Assembly: GCA_026391215.1 (NCBI GenBank) | Contig: JAPLDX010000106.1 | Coordinates: forward strand, 23,441-87,440 | Source: Bacteroidia bacterium | GTDB lineage: Bacteria; Bacteroidota; Bacteroidia; Bacteroidales; VadinHA17 | DNA: 64,000 nt | Direction of reading: 5' to 3' | Shown: one piece after another, positions 10,428-20,443 of the stretch | Numbering within the stretch: position 1 is the first letter of the stretch | Layout of the letters: each line of letters starts with the position of its first letter | Translations under genes and position numbers: made by a program | Notes under the pieces: model-generated | The model's input: only the letters and a program-made list of their open reading frames with translations | What the model was told of the DNA's origin: nothing | Databases searched by the model: none

Positions 10428-11405
10428 TTGATGAAAGTTGGTTTGACTTATGACCTGCGGTCATGGTATCTTGACCAGGGTTATTCTATGGAGGATACTG
10501 CAGAATTTGATAAGCAGGAGACTGTTGATGCTATTGATTCAGCCATCCGTAAAATGGGATTTGAAACTGAACCTGTCGGCAATTGCTTCCAGTTAATTGA
10601 AGCATTGGCCGCAGGCAAGAAATGGGACCTGGTATTTAATATTGCAGAAGGACTCTATGGCGACGGACGCGAATCAGTGGTCCCTGCAATACTGGATCAA
10701 TATAAAATTCCATACGTCTTTAGCGGACCTGTCATCCTTGGAGTTTCACTGAATAAATATCTTACAAGACTGATTGTTTCAGCAGCAGGAGTTCCGGTGA
10801 GTCCTGGTATGCTTATATCAACCAGAGAAGATATCAGAAAATGCAAACTGGAGTATCCTCTGTTTATAAAACCAGTTTCTGAAGGCACCGGAAAAGGCAT
10901 TACTGAAAAGAACCTGCTGAAATCACCGGCTGAATTAAAGGAAATGGCAGAATATATCCTGGACAGGTTCAACCAGCCTGCTCTTGTTGAAGAATATCTT
11001 CCGGGAAGGGAGTTTACTGTTGGTGTGATCGGATCGGGTGATGAAACTGTTGCGATAGGTGGCATGGAAATAGAATGCAAGAATAACTACCCCTACTCCG
11101 TCGAGTACAAGGAAAACTATCAGGAATTCTGTAAATATATCCCGATGACTAAGGAGTTCAGTGAAGAATGCAAAACTGTCGCTCTGAATGTATGGAAAGC
11201 ACTCGGCGGTGTCGATGCAGGTAGAGTTGATGTTAAAGCCGACAGGAATGGTAGGATTTGCTTCATGGAGGTGAACCCACTCGCCGGACTTCACCCTATC
11301 CATTCCGACCTGCCTATATTATCCAGACTGATTAATATTGATTATCAGACACTGATGGAGATGATAATTAAATCAACCTTAAAAAGGCACGGATTGAAGC
11401 TATGA
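10428..11405 (+). CDS. ATP-grasp ligase, D-Ala-D-Ala ligase-like (copy 1)
   Basis: VFNIAEG, FIKPVSEGTGKGI, EEYLPGREFTVG, RVD, EVNPLAG. Confidence 0.85.
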   Translation: MMKVGLTYDLRSWYLDQGYSMEDTAEFDKQETVDAIDSAIRKMGFETEPVGNCFQLIEALAAGKKWDLVFNIAEGLYGDGRESVVPAILDQYKIPYVFSGPVILGVSLNKYLTRLIVSAAGVPVSPGMLISTREDIRKCKLEYPLFIKPVSEGTGKGITEKNLLKSPAELKEMAEYILDRFNQPALVEEYLPGREFTVGVIGSGDETVAIGGMEIECKNNYPYSVEYKENYQEFCKYIPMTKEFSEECKTVALNVWKALGGVDAGRVDVKADRNGRICFMEVNPLAGLHPIHSDLPILSRLINIDYQTLMEMIIKSTLKRHGLKL

Positions 11406-12373
11406 CCAGACAAAGATGCTGCATATTATTTAATCAACCACGTGAAAATGCCACATCAGACGAACTGGATGTTCTTGACCAGGTGGAATATATTGAAAAC
11501 AATTTAAGGGAACTTGGCATTGAGACTTACCGGAAAGGCATAACTCTTGATTTTATAAACGAGATAGCATCTCTCTCCGCAGATAAACCGGATTTTGTAT
11601 TTAACCTGGTTGAATCAATAAACAATAAGGGTGAGCTGTGTTATTTCATACCAGCTCTTTTGAATATGCATTCGATACCATATTCAGGAAATCCCCTGGA
11701 GGCAATGTTTATCACAACAAGCAAGGCGCTTACCAGCAAGACATTAAAAAAAGCAGGGATAAATAATCCTCAGGGATATTATCCTTCACAGTACACTCTT
11801 CTTGTTCCGGGAAATAAGTATATCATTAAGCCAATATGGGAAGATGGCTCACTGGGCATAACAGGCGACTCCGTTTTTACCTATGAACCTGGTTATGTGG
11901 CCAAGCTGAAGAACTTCAGCGATTCACACTGGTTCATTGAAGACTATATTGACGGAAGGGAATTTAATATAAGTGTCATTTACAGTGAAAACGGGCCGGA
12001 AGTATTGCCTGCCGCAGAAATGACATTCAATAACTATTCTGACGAAATGCCACGGATAGTAGATTTTAAGGCAAAATGGGAAGAAGGCAGCTTTGAATAT
12101 GAAAATACAATCAGGAAATTCCCCGGCATGAATCTCAATCCCCGTCTTAAGGAAAGAATTGAATCTGCCGCCCTGAAGTGCTGGTCTGAATTCGGACTTA
12201 AAGGTTATGCAAGAGTAGATATGCGGGTCGACCAAAATGATAATCCTTACGTGATTGAAGTTAATGCAAATCCGTGTCTGTCTCCTGATAGCGGTGTTGT
12301 TGCAGCCACAATCGCAGCTAACCTGCCGTTTACTACTGTTCTTACACGGATAATCAGCGATTTAAATAAATAA
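11402..12373 (+). CDS. ATP-grasp ligase, D-Ala-D-Ala ligase-like (copy 2)
   Basis: VFNLVES, IIKPIWEDGSLGI, EDYIDGREFN, GYARVDMR, EVNANP; 4-nt overlap with the upstream gene. Confidence 0.85.
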   Translation: MTRQRCCILFNQPRENATSDELDVLDQVEYIENNLRELGIETYRKGITLDFINEIASLSADKPDFVFNLVESINNKGELCYFIPALLNMHSIPYSGNPLEAMFITTSKALTSKTLKKAGINNPQGYYPSQYTLLVPGNKYIIKPIWEDGSLGITGDSVFTYEPGYVAKLKNFSDSHWFIEDYIDGREFNISVIYSENGPEVLPAAEMTFNNYSDEMPRIVDFKAKWEEGSFEYENTIRKFPGMNLNPRLKERIESAALKCWSEFGLKGYARVDMRVDQNDNPYVIEVNANPCLSPDSGVVAATIAANLPFTTVLTRIISDLNK

Positions 12374-12374
12374 A

Positions 12375-12863
12375 ATGATGACAGTTATTTCTGAAGGTAT
12401 CAAGCCTGAAGACAGGAAAAAGATTGAAGAGATACTCAGATCGACAAATTTCTTTTACGAATTTGAGATCAACACTGCACTGGATATTGCTGATGAGACG
12501 TTGTCGGAAGGGATGGAAAAAAGCGGATATTTCTGGCTCAAAGCAACTGATGAGGATGGCGTAGTGGCATTTGCCAACTACGGGAAGAATGAATTTTCGA
12601 CGCACTCTTGGGAGCTATACTGGATTGCAGTTCATGACTCATCAAGAAATAAGAAACTGGGTTCAGCAATGTTAAAAGCTGTCGAGGATAATGTAATCAA
12701 ATCAGGGGGTAAGATCCTTTGGATCGAAACATCGGGACGTCCTTTGTATGCTTCAACTGAAGCCTTCTATAAGCATAAGGGATATGAACTGGCAGCTAGT
12801 TTGAAAGACTTCTACGGACCAGGTGATCCTAAACAAGTTTATGTCAAGGTCCTGAAAACTTAA
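12375..12863 (+). CDS. GNAT-family N-acetyltransferase
   Basis: LYWIAVHDSSRNKKLGSAML (acetyl-CoA motif A), IETSG, FYKHKGY. Confidence 0.88.
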   Translation: MMTVISEGIKPEDRKKIEEILRSTNFFYEFEINTALDIADETLSEGMEKSGYFWLKATDEDGVVAFANYGKNEFSTHSWELYWIAVHDSSRNKKLGSAMLKAVEDNVIKSGGKILWIETSGRPLYASTEAFYKHKGYELAASLKDFYGPGDPKQVYVKVLKT

Positions 12864-12870
12864 AAGCTGA

Positions 12871-13320
12871 TTATTTTATCAGATTTGCATTGTAATACTC
12901 CGATTTTCCTGTCACCTCATCTCCCAACCAGTCAGGTTTCTCAAATTTTTCGGATTCAGAGCCCAGTTCTATTTCGGCAATTACCAGTCCTTCATTCTTA
13001 TCGTGAAATACATCAACTTCAAAAATATGTTTCCCTTGTGGTACCATGTGCCTCGTTTTCTCGATCTTGCCGGGAAGACAGATCTTCATTATTTCCACCG
13101 CATCTGCCATTGGAATCTGGATTTCCCATTCACCGCGGGCAATTGATATGCCATGTGGCTTGCTCTTTATTGTAAGAAAGGCTTTTCTTCCTGCAGTTCT
13201 GACTCTTATTGTTTTATCAGGATCTATCGAAAGGTAAGTCTGTTTGATATTTACTTTCTTAATTGCCAGATGCCTGAACTCTCCTTTTACAAGGAATTTA
13301 CGTTCAATTTCGGTGCCCAT
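12871..13320 (-). CDS. CYTH-domain (triphosphate tunnel) protein
   Basis: N-terminal EIERKFLV, plus IEKTR, EVDVF, AEIEL. Confidence 0.92.
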   Translation of the reverse strand: MGTEIERKFLVKGEFRHLAIKKVNIKQTYLSIDPDKTIRVRTAGRKAFLTIKSKPHGISIARGEWEIQIPMADAVEIMKICLPGKIEKTRHMVPQGKHIFEVDVFHDKNEGLVIAEIELGSESEKFEKPDWLGDEVTGKSEYYNANLIK

Positions 13321-13519
13321 CTTTTTTCTGTAAAGTTAGAGCGTTTGTCAAAAAATGAGTAACGTTAGTGGAATTAATCTTAAGCAATAATGGATATAAT
13401 TTTTGAGATTTCCAATTTATCTACAGGCCTTCATCTTAAGAAAAACATGGTTCATAACTGATTATGCCATGTTCGTGTAAAAAATTTGGATTGTATTTAA
13501 AGATTTGATAAATTTGAAA

Positions 13520-13652
13520 GATTAGACTCTTATTTTTAAAATCTTAATGAGATTGAGTCCTTTGTTATATTATCAGCAGAAGTAGTTTTAGTTTAGGTTG
13601 GTAGGGTGATTAGGTAAAGGGGCTGTCAGATTCTGAGACAGTCCTTTTATTT
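13520..13652 (+). ncRNA. Candidate small RNA or attenuated leader upstream of ung
   Basis: Bacteroidota promoter TTTG (13484)...TAAATTTG (13509-13516), followed by about 130 nt ending in an intrinsic terminator before ung. Confidence 0.35.
13616..13652 (+). terminator. Rho-independent terminator
   Basis: Stem aaaggggctgtc / gacagtcctttt with a 9-nt loop, followed by attt. Confidence 0.7.
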
Positions 13653-13676
13653 AGGTACAGCGAATTACTATATTAA

Positions 13677-14342
13677 ATGGACGTACTGATAGAATCAAGC
13701 TGGAAGTCGAGGCTCAGCCCGGAATTTGAGAAGGAATACTTCATCAGGCTTTCTGAGTTTGTAAAGGATGAATACAGGACAAAAACCATTTTCCCTCCAG
13801 GCTCTCTTATCTTCAATGCTTTCAATTTATGTCCCTTCGATAAAATAAAGGCAGTGATAATCGGTCAGGATCCATATCATGGTCCGGGACAGGCTCACGG
13901 ATTATGCTTTTCAGTAAGGGAAAGCGTGGAATTTCCTCCAAGCCTGGTTAATATATTCAAAGAGATAGAATCAGACCTTGGCTACAAGCCAATGCTTACA
14001 GGAAATCTTGAAAGATGGGCAGCACAGGGAGTCCTTCTTCTTAATGCAACTCTTACTGTCAGGGCCCATCAGGCTGGTTCGCACCAAAAAAAGGGATGGG
14101 AGGAATTTACAGATACCGTTATAAGAATAATCAATACTGAAAGGACGAATATAGTATTCTTCCTCTGGGGCGCTTATGCACAGAAAAAGGGTGAATCAAT
14201 AGACAGATCAAGGCACCTTGTGCTTGAATCGGTACACCCCTCCCCTCTCTCTGCAGCCAGAGGTTTTTTTGGCAATAAACACTTCAGCAAGTGTAATGAA
14301 TACATGTCTGAAAAAGGCATTGAACCTATAAACTGGAGATAG
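13677..14342 (+). CDS. ung: Uracil-DNA glycosylase
   Basis: GQDPYH, GVLLLN and HPSPLS motifs. Confidence 0.97.
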   Translation: MDVLIESSWKSRLSPEFEKEYFIRLSEFVKDEYRTKTIFPPGSLIFNAFNLCPFDKIKAVIIGQDPYHGPGQAHGLCFSVRESVEFPPSLVNIFKEIESDLGYKPMLTGNLERWAAQGVLLLNATLTVRAHQAGSHQKKGWEEFTDTVIRIINTERTNIVFFLWGAYAQKKGESIDRSRHLVLESVHPSPLSAARGFFGNKHFSKCNEYMSEKGIEPINWR

Positions 14343-15507
14343 CTTCCAGCGCTGAAGAAATAATTCCGGTGAGCTCCCCTGTATCTTCAAAACCTGCTGA
14401 TAACCTTATCATCCCGGGTTCAGGGTATTTTGCCCCCCATACTGATTCAACCGGCAGCATCATTGTACGCGGATCGCCAAGACTTGGTATTATCCTTATC
14501 CTCTCTGAGACTGCTTTTATGAATCCATCCCTGATAAGTTTTTTTTCAGAACCTGAATTACCTTTAAAATCAACTGTTACCATTCCCCCAAAACCATTAC
14601 CTGCGAAAAGCTTTACAGCCTCCTCGTAGCTCGGATGCTCCGGTAACCCCGGATACCAGACTTTTCTTACCCTCTTTGACGCACCTAATAATCCGGCAAT
14701 CACTGAAGCATTCACGCATTGCCGTCTGAACCTTAAACTGAAAGTCTGTATCTGATCATGAAGCCTGTATGCATCATCAGCCGAAAGCATATGACCTGTA
14801 AGTTTCCTGTATTCAACAGCAGCTTTCATGAGTTCATTATCATTTCCGCACACAACTCCTGCAGTGATATTACCATGTCCCGATAAATACTTTGTAGCGC
14901 TGTGAATTACGACATCTGCTCCGCTGACAAGAGGCTTCCACAGTTCAGGAGTAGCGAAAGTATTGTCAACAATGACTTTTGCTTTGTATTTTCTTGCTAT
15001 TTCAATCACACCAGCAGCATCAGGAACTATAAGCATCGGATTGGAAATTGATTCAATATAGACCAGCTCCGGTCTTAGTGTCTCCATGACTGATTCAAAT
15101 TCATGAAGATCATATTGTTCATTCTGCGGTGAAAAGTAATGAATATCAAGCCCTCTTCTTTTTTTCAGGACTGACTCAGCAAATGATAATGTACCGCCGT
15201 AAATCTCATTGAAGAACAGCCATGGCTTAATAGAATTTCCATCCTGGAAAACAGAAAGTGTTATATCTATAGCTGACATTCCGGACTCTGTCAGGAGAGT
15301 CCATTCTGATCCCTCCAGCTTCATAATCTCCTCTTCAGCCGCCACAACTGTTGGATTCCGGTAACGGGAATAGATATACAGATCCGGTACACGCTGATTT
15401 TCAGTCTCTTTCCTGAAAGCTTCTGATGCGGTATCCGCATCAAATAGCTCAAATCCGGCATCCCTGTACACAGGAATACGCTGACTGTTAATTTCTTTAT
15501 TCTTCAT
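14326..15507 (-). CDS. Cys/Met metabolism PLP-dependent enzyme (trans-sulfuration family)
   Basis: YSRYRNPT, SGMSAI, VDNTFATP, HSATKYLSGHG (PLP lysine), SLG, IRLSAGFED. Likely start MKNKEIN. Confidence 0.88.
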   Translation of the reverse strand: MKNKEINSQRIPVYRDAGFELFDADTASEAFRKETENQRVPDLYIYSRYRNPTVVAAEEEIMKLEGSEWTLLTESGMSAIDITLSVFQDGNSIKPWLFFNEIYGGTLSFAESVLKKRRGLDIHYFSPQNEQYDLHEFESVMETLRPELVYIESISNPMLIVPDAAGVIEIARKYKAKVIVDNTFATPELWKPLVSGADVVIHSATKYLSGHGNITAGVVCGNDNELMKAAVEYRKLTGHMLSADDAYRLHDQIQTFSLRFRRQCVNASVIAGLLGASKRVRKVWYPGLPEHPSYEEAVKLFAGNGFGGMVTVDFKGNSGSEKKLIRDGFIKAVSERIRIIPSLGDPRTMMLPVESVWGAKYPEPGMIRLSAGFEDTGELTGIISSALEAISSL

Positions 15508-15586
15508 TAACTCAATTTTATGTGTCAGGAGACTTTTCATTCCCGGCAGGAATGAAACCAAAATCAGGACAGAATCTGTCAAAAAC

Positions 15587-15985
15587 CTATTTCAGAACAA
15601 GAGCTTCATCGAGAATTGTTTCGTCAATTTCAAGTATTTTACTATCCCAGTTCTTAATATAAACCACATAAGTGATTTTCATCAGTCCCATATAATGAGA
15701 GTAGGTATTATCGACTGGTCCGGTGGAAAAGAGTATCCCGTTAATTCTCGCGGATATTTCTGCATAAGGATATGCAGTTTCAAAACGGTGATATTCAGAG
15801 GCATTTCCTGCGGTTATATTACCCAGTGTGTCGACCTCATCGTCTATTTTGACTATTAATTCATTGAATGTCTGGTCGGAAATGTTTCTGACTCGTACGT
15901 CAGTTGGCCCCTTGGGCTCAAATTCTGTTTTTTTGCAGGAGACGACAGCAACCGCTATTAAAACAAGATAAAATAACTTCTTCAT
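15587..15985 (-). CDS. Hypothetical lipoprotein
   Basis: Lipoprotein signal MKKLFYLVLIAVAVVSC-KKTE. Confidence 0.75.
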   Translation of the reverse strand: MKKLFYLVLIAVAVVSCKKTEFEPKGPTDVRVRNISDQTFNELIVKIDDEVDTLGNITAGNASEYHRFETAYPYAEISARINGILFSTGPVDNTYSHYMGLMKITYVVYIKNWDSKILEIDETILDEALVLK

Positions 15986-16049
15986 AGCCGGGGAAGATTA
16001 TTTGTTTCAGATATTTGACGCTAAATATAGCAAAAAAGTTGCAAAAGGA

Positions 16050-16811
16050 TCAAATTATTTCAAGACTGCTTACAGGGATCCATCCCTTATTGCCGTCTGA
16101 AAGCCTTATCTCGTACCATTCGCCTACTTCATCCTCAACTGTCACTTTAGTTCCTTCATGAAGCACAAACAAGTCTGTTCCGCTGCTGTCAGGCGAGCTT
16201 TTCCCATTGACAGCGGGGCTGTAGATTATTGCTTTCTTACTGTCGTAAACCATATTTTTGTTTCTCAGCGATAAAGCCAGGGAGGTTATGGACACAATAA
16301 AAAACAGGACGGCAAGCCAGAATCCAAGTACCTTAAGCTTATATTTTGAGGTATAAAAATAAAGTGAGAGGAATAAAAGACAAAGGATAAAAGAAGCAAT
16401 GCTGATCTTCGCCCATGTATTTGTCGAAAGAGAAAGTGCAAGGAGATTATACCACCTCACGAAAAAGAGCTCAGGGATCTCCTCAAAACGGTCAACGACA
16501 AGAGTACGAGCGATCTGGAGGTTATAATTTATATTTTCATCTCCTGGTTTCAGCAGATAAGCTCTCTCAAAGAATAGAATAGCACCGGGTATATTATTTA
16601 ACTTGAAATAAGCGTTCCCGATGTTATATTCAAGTTCAGCTGAACGATAGCCGGTTCTGTAAATATCTACCCATGACTCAAGCGCTTTTTCGTAATTGCC
16701 CGAAGAAAAGCTCTCTGCTCCAGCCTTGAATTTCTCTTCCGTAGTTTCCTGTGAAAGGAGATTTACAGACAAGACCATGAGTAATATTAATAATGTTCTC
16801 AGTTTCATCAT
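16050..16811 (-). CDS. batE: BatE (TPR + SH3b)
   Basis: YNIGNAYFK TPR; LHEGTKV...GWIP SH3-like C-terminus; position in the bat operon. Confidence 0.9.
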   Translation of the reverse strand: MMKLRTLLILLMVLSVNLLSQETTEEKFKAGAESFSSGNYEKALESWVDIYRTGYRSAELEYNIGNAYFKLNNIPGAILFFERAYLLKPGDENINYNLQIARTLVVDRFEEIPELFFVRWYNLLALSLSTNTWAKISIASFILCLLFLSLYFYTSKYKLKVLGFWLAVLFFIVSITSLALSLRNKNMVYDSKKAIIYSPAVNGKSSPDSSGTDLFVLHEGTKVTVEDEVGEWYEIRLSDGNKGWIPVSSLEII

Positions 16812-18619
16812 CTGATAATTGAATTTTCCACTGACCTTATAAAACGAGCTGTGCCGTCATAAATGTTTGCAGCTTCAGTTCCTGATGAGGCCGGAGCATA
16901 TCTTTCATATTCACAGCTGTCGAGAATGCCTGTCAGGCTTGTTATATCATCATCGCTAATGCCTTTTTCCTTCAGGGCTGTAACGGCATTGTTCCTGGTA
17001 AGATCTGACACAGGGATATTCAGCTTATCGCTAAGATAGCCCCAGATGGCTTTAAGTATCTCTTCATGGAACCTGTCCATTTCTCCCCGCTTCATACAAC
17101 CTGAGGCAGCTTTGAGTCTTTTCCCGGCTATTTTTCCTGCTTTGCGATTGCGAACTGCCGTCAGGTCAGCATTGCGTCTGATATGCTCCCTCCTTACAAA
17201 AAGGACTATGAGGAAAATCAGAAGCGCTATTGCGAAGATGCTGTAAAATGAAGTATTTGAAATTATGTTATTTACTGATCTGGTAAGTTTACCGGGATCC
17301 GGCTTTATAAAGCGGATATCTTTTCCGACATATTTGACATCTTCCTTTGATACTCCTCCATATACCGTTATGCCAGAGGCTGATTCGGTCCCTTTGCGGG
17401 CGTAAAACCTGAATTCCTTTGTCTTCAGAGTTTCATATTTTCCAGAGGAAGTGTTGAAATAGGAATATGTTACCGGTGGTACTGTAAAATCGCCATAATG
17501 ACGTGGAATAAGAAGATATTCAAAGGTCCTTTGTCCTGATGTACCGCTAAGGCTGTTCTTTATATTATCAGTAAACTTGGGATCATAGATCTCAATATCA
17601 GGAGATAACGTCAATTTTGGAGCTTCAGCAAGCTTCAGGTTTCCATTTCCCGAGATAGTAATCTTCAGATTGACAGCGTCATTAACATCAACAGAATCTT
17701 TATTGATGGTCGCCTTAAGATCCAGCTTGCCTACAACACCTGAGAAGTCTTCAGGTTTTATGCCGGGCAGAGGCTTGACATTTACTTTAACAACAGGGCT
17801 TACGACAGCCAGCTGAACTGTCTGAAAATTCGAGAAGAAATCACCGAAAAATGGATCGGTTTGACTCGACTTCTGACGAACAAGCACGGTTAACTGGACA
17901 GGATCGATCGTTATCTCTCCAGTCACCTGGGGAAATAGCAGGAAGTTCTGGATAACGCCTGTTCCATATACTGTCCCGTTAATATTTTCCTGCCGCAACT
18001 GGGTAAGTGGCGGCGTTTCAATATCTGATTTAAGAAATCCGGTAAATGACGGGTATTTGATCTCAGTTATCCCTGAAAGATCAACTTTTGTATAGATCTT
18101 CACAGTTGCTGCGATATGTTCACCTATATATACCTCTTTACGGTTAAGGGAAAGATCAACAGAAACATCACCCCCTGCTGGCTGAGCCTTTGAAGCTGTT
18201 CCTGCATTTGTTCCTGGCTGCACACTCTGCTGGCTGGCACCCGTTCCTAAGACTTCAATTCGAATCGAGTCGGAATAGTATGTCTTATTCTTCAGAGTAT
18301 AGGAAGCAGGAGGAATGACATAAGTACCCTCGTTAAGAGCCTGCAGATAATATAAATAACTGTAAGTGGTCTCATGCGACATTTTGCCGTTTATTATCTG
18401 GGTGCTTGAGCTGTATGATGTCTGCGGACCCATAAGCTTGTAAAATCCTTCAAATGAAGGTGCAGCGAATTCTCCGCCACCTGAATTGACTGTCCATGCT
18501 ACTGAAAACTGTCGTCCTGCTTCCACTGCTGAAGGGTACTCAGCCTCAATTGTTATATCCTGAGCGTGAAGCGCTAAGGCTGCCAGAAGGAACAGATTAT
18601 ATAATATTACTCTTTTCAA
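16808..18619 (-). CDS. batD: BatD
   Basis: GPQTSYSSSTQIING, YLLIPR, GYLSDKLNIP; operon position. Confidence 0.9.
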   Translation of the reverse strand: MKRVILYNLFLLAALALHAQDITIEAEYPSAVEAGRQFSVAWTVNSGGGEFAAPSFEGFYKLMGPQTSYSSSTQIINGKMSHETTYSYLYYLQALNEGTYVIPPASYTLKNKTYYSDSIRIEVLGTGASQQSVQPGTNAGTASKAQPAGGDVSVDLSLNRKEVYIGEHIAATVKIYTKVDLSGITEIKYPSFTGFLKSDIETPPLTQLRQENINGTVYGTGVIQNFLLFPQVTGEITIDPVQLTVLVRQKSSQTDPFFGDFFSNFQTVQLAVVSPVVKVNVKPLPGIKPEDFSGVVGKLDLKATINKDSVDVNDAVNLKITISGNGNLKLAEAPKLTLSPDIEIYDPKFTDNIKNSLSGTSGQRTFEYLLIPRHYGDFTVPPVTYSYFNTSSGKYETLKTKEFRFYARKGTESASGITVYGGVSKEDVKYVGKDIRFIKPDPGKLTRSVNNIISNTSFYSIFAIALLIFLIVLFVRREHIRRNADLTAVRNRKAGKIAGKRLKAASGCMKRGEMDRFHEEILKAIWGYLSDKLNIPVSDLTRNNAVTALKEKGISDDDITSLTGILDSCEYERYAPASSGTEAANIYDGTARFIRSVENSIIR

Positions 18620-18631
18620 TATTTATAAATG

Positions 18632-19378
18632 TTACCAGTTTTTGACTGTCATGGTTTTAGCTTTCAATGCTTTTGCAAGTTTAACCTTTTCCTGGACATT
18701 TTTTTCATCATTTGCCAGGGCGTTCAGCAGCCTTTCAGCATCCTCCTTTGAAATACCCTGCTGCTGTTGTTGTTCGGGTTTCTGGTCCTGCTGCTGTTGC
18801 TGCTGATTTTGGTTATTCTTGTTATCCCCGCTATCCTTTTTATCCTGCTTGTCCTGCTGATCTTTATTCTGATCCTGTTTTGGATTGTCCTGCTGCTGTT
18901 GCTGCTGTTCTTCCTGTTTCCTGAGCAGATCCTGGGCATAGGCAAGATTATACTTTGCTTCCATATTTTCAGGATTCAGCTTCAGTGATCCTTTATATGC
19001 ATCAATGCTCTCTTTCACTTTGTCCGACATAAGAAGGGAATTGCCAAGGTTATAAAGACTGGCAGATTTCTTTTTTTTATCATCATTCATGTCGTGATTC
19101 TCAGCAAACTGCTTGCCTGCATCTTCAAATTTCTTCTGCTTATAGAGAGCATCTCCGGAATTGAATACAGCATCAGCTGATTCCTTATTCTTATCAATAG
19201 CTTTTCTATAAGAGATCTCCGACTCTGCAAACTTTTCCTTTTCATATTCCCTGTTACCCTGCCTGATCATTTTTTTGTCTACCTGAGAATAAGCAGGTAA
19301 TGCAGCAATAAGCATAAAGCCTGCGAGAACCATCCATGTATAGCGGGCCTTCTTATTTATATATTTAATCAAGAGCAT
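18632..19378 (-). CDS. batC: BatC (TPR with Gln-rich linker)
   Basis: YNLGNSL TPR, Q-rich linker, AERLLNALANDEK. Confidence 0.88.
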   Translation of the reverse strand: MLLIKYINKKARYTWMVLAGFMLIAALPAYSQVDKKMIRQGNREYEKEKFAESEISYRKAIDKNKESADAVFNSGDALYKQKKFEDAGKQFAENHDMNDDKKKKSASLYNLGNSLLMSDKVKESIDAYKGSLKLNPENMEAKYNLAYAQDLLRKQEEQQQQQQDNPKQDQNKDQQDKQDKKDSGDNKNNQNQQQQQQDQKPEQQQQQGISKEDAERLLNALANDEKNVQEKVKLAKALKAKTMTVKNW

Positions 19379-19391
19379 AAATGAATGTATA

Positions 19392-20432
19392 TTATATCCT
19401 GAATTTGAACAGCCTTATATTTGCTAGCTTCCTGTTCTTTCTTTCCATAATGATAAAATCGATGAAAAGAAGGAATAATGCAATTACTGCAAATATCTGA
19501 AATTGATCATTATATTCAGTATACATGGTGCTTTCCATCTCCTGGGTTTTCATCTTCTTTATTTCACCATATATCTCATCGAGTCCAATATTTGAGCTGC
19601 TTGCCCTCACATAATTACCTTCAGCTGATATAGCAATTCTTTTCAGAATATCTTCATCCAGTTTTGTAATTACTGTATTACCGTCAACGTCTTTAAGATA
19701 ATCAATTTTACCTCCACGCATCACAGGCACCGGTACACCATCCGGGGATCCGATCCCGATCGTATGAATAACTATTCCGGCAGCAGCTGCCTCAGAAGCC
19801 TTAGCTACGGGATCATCCTCATGATTCTCTCCGTCGGTAATAATAATCATAGTCTTGCTTTTCCCCTCTCCCGGGCTGAATGACCTCATTCCCAGGTCAA
19901 TTGCGGCTCCTATCGCTGTACCCTGTTTTGGCACCATCTCAGGATTGATAGCAGACAGGAACATCTTTGCAGAGACATAATCAGTGGTAATTGGTATTTG
20001 TGTATAGGCATCACCTGCAAAGACGATCAGACCTATTTTATCGTTATCCAGATTATCTATCAGTCTCGTTAAAGCCTGTTTAGCCCTGGTGAGCCTGTCA
20101 GGCTGAATATCCTGTGCCAGCATTGAATTGCTGACATCAAGGGCAATGATTACTTCCACACCCTGTTTCTTCACTTCTTCAAGCTTTGATCCGAACTGCG
20201 GACGTGCAATTATTATAATAACTGCTGCAATTACAAGAAACTGAAGAAAGAATTTAAATGCGGATCTTATTCCTGAAAGTTCAGGCAGCAGCCTGTCGAC
20301 CAACTCTGTTTCACCAAGTCTTTTCAGGGCTTGCTTCTTACGTATATCATTTAATATCCATAATATAACCATCACCGGCAGCAGAAGCAGCAGGTACAGG
20401 AAGTCTGGATTTGCAAATCTGAATAACTGCAT
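19392..20432 (-). CDS. batB: BatB (vWA)
   Basis: ARPQFG, DVSNSM MIDAS, ITDGENHE. Confidence 0.9.
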   Translation of the reverse strand: MQLFRFANPDFLYLLLLLPVMVILWILNDIRKKQALKRLGETELVDRLLPELSGIRSAFKFFLQFLVIAAVIIIIARPQFGSKLEEVKKQGVEVIIALDVSNSMLAQDIQPDRLTRAKQALTRLIDNLDNDKIGLIVFAGDAYTQIPITTDYVSAKMFLSAINPEMVPKQGTAIGAAIDLGMRSFSPGEGKSKTMIIITDGENHEDDPVAKASEAAAAGIVIHTIGIGSPDGVPVPVMRGGKIDYLKDVDGNTVITKLDEDILKRIAISAEGNYVRASSSNIGLDEIYGEIKKMKTQEMESTMYTEYNDQFQIFAVIALFLLFIDFIIMERKNRKLANIRLFKFRI

Positions 20433-20443
20433 TATCGTCCTGT

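Noticed and set aside
18755-18925. ctg/ttg trinucleotide-rich repeat
   Set aside because: Encodes the normal Gln-rich linker of BatC; not a CRISPR or mobile repeat.
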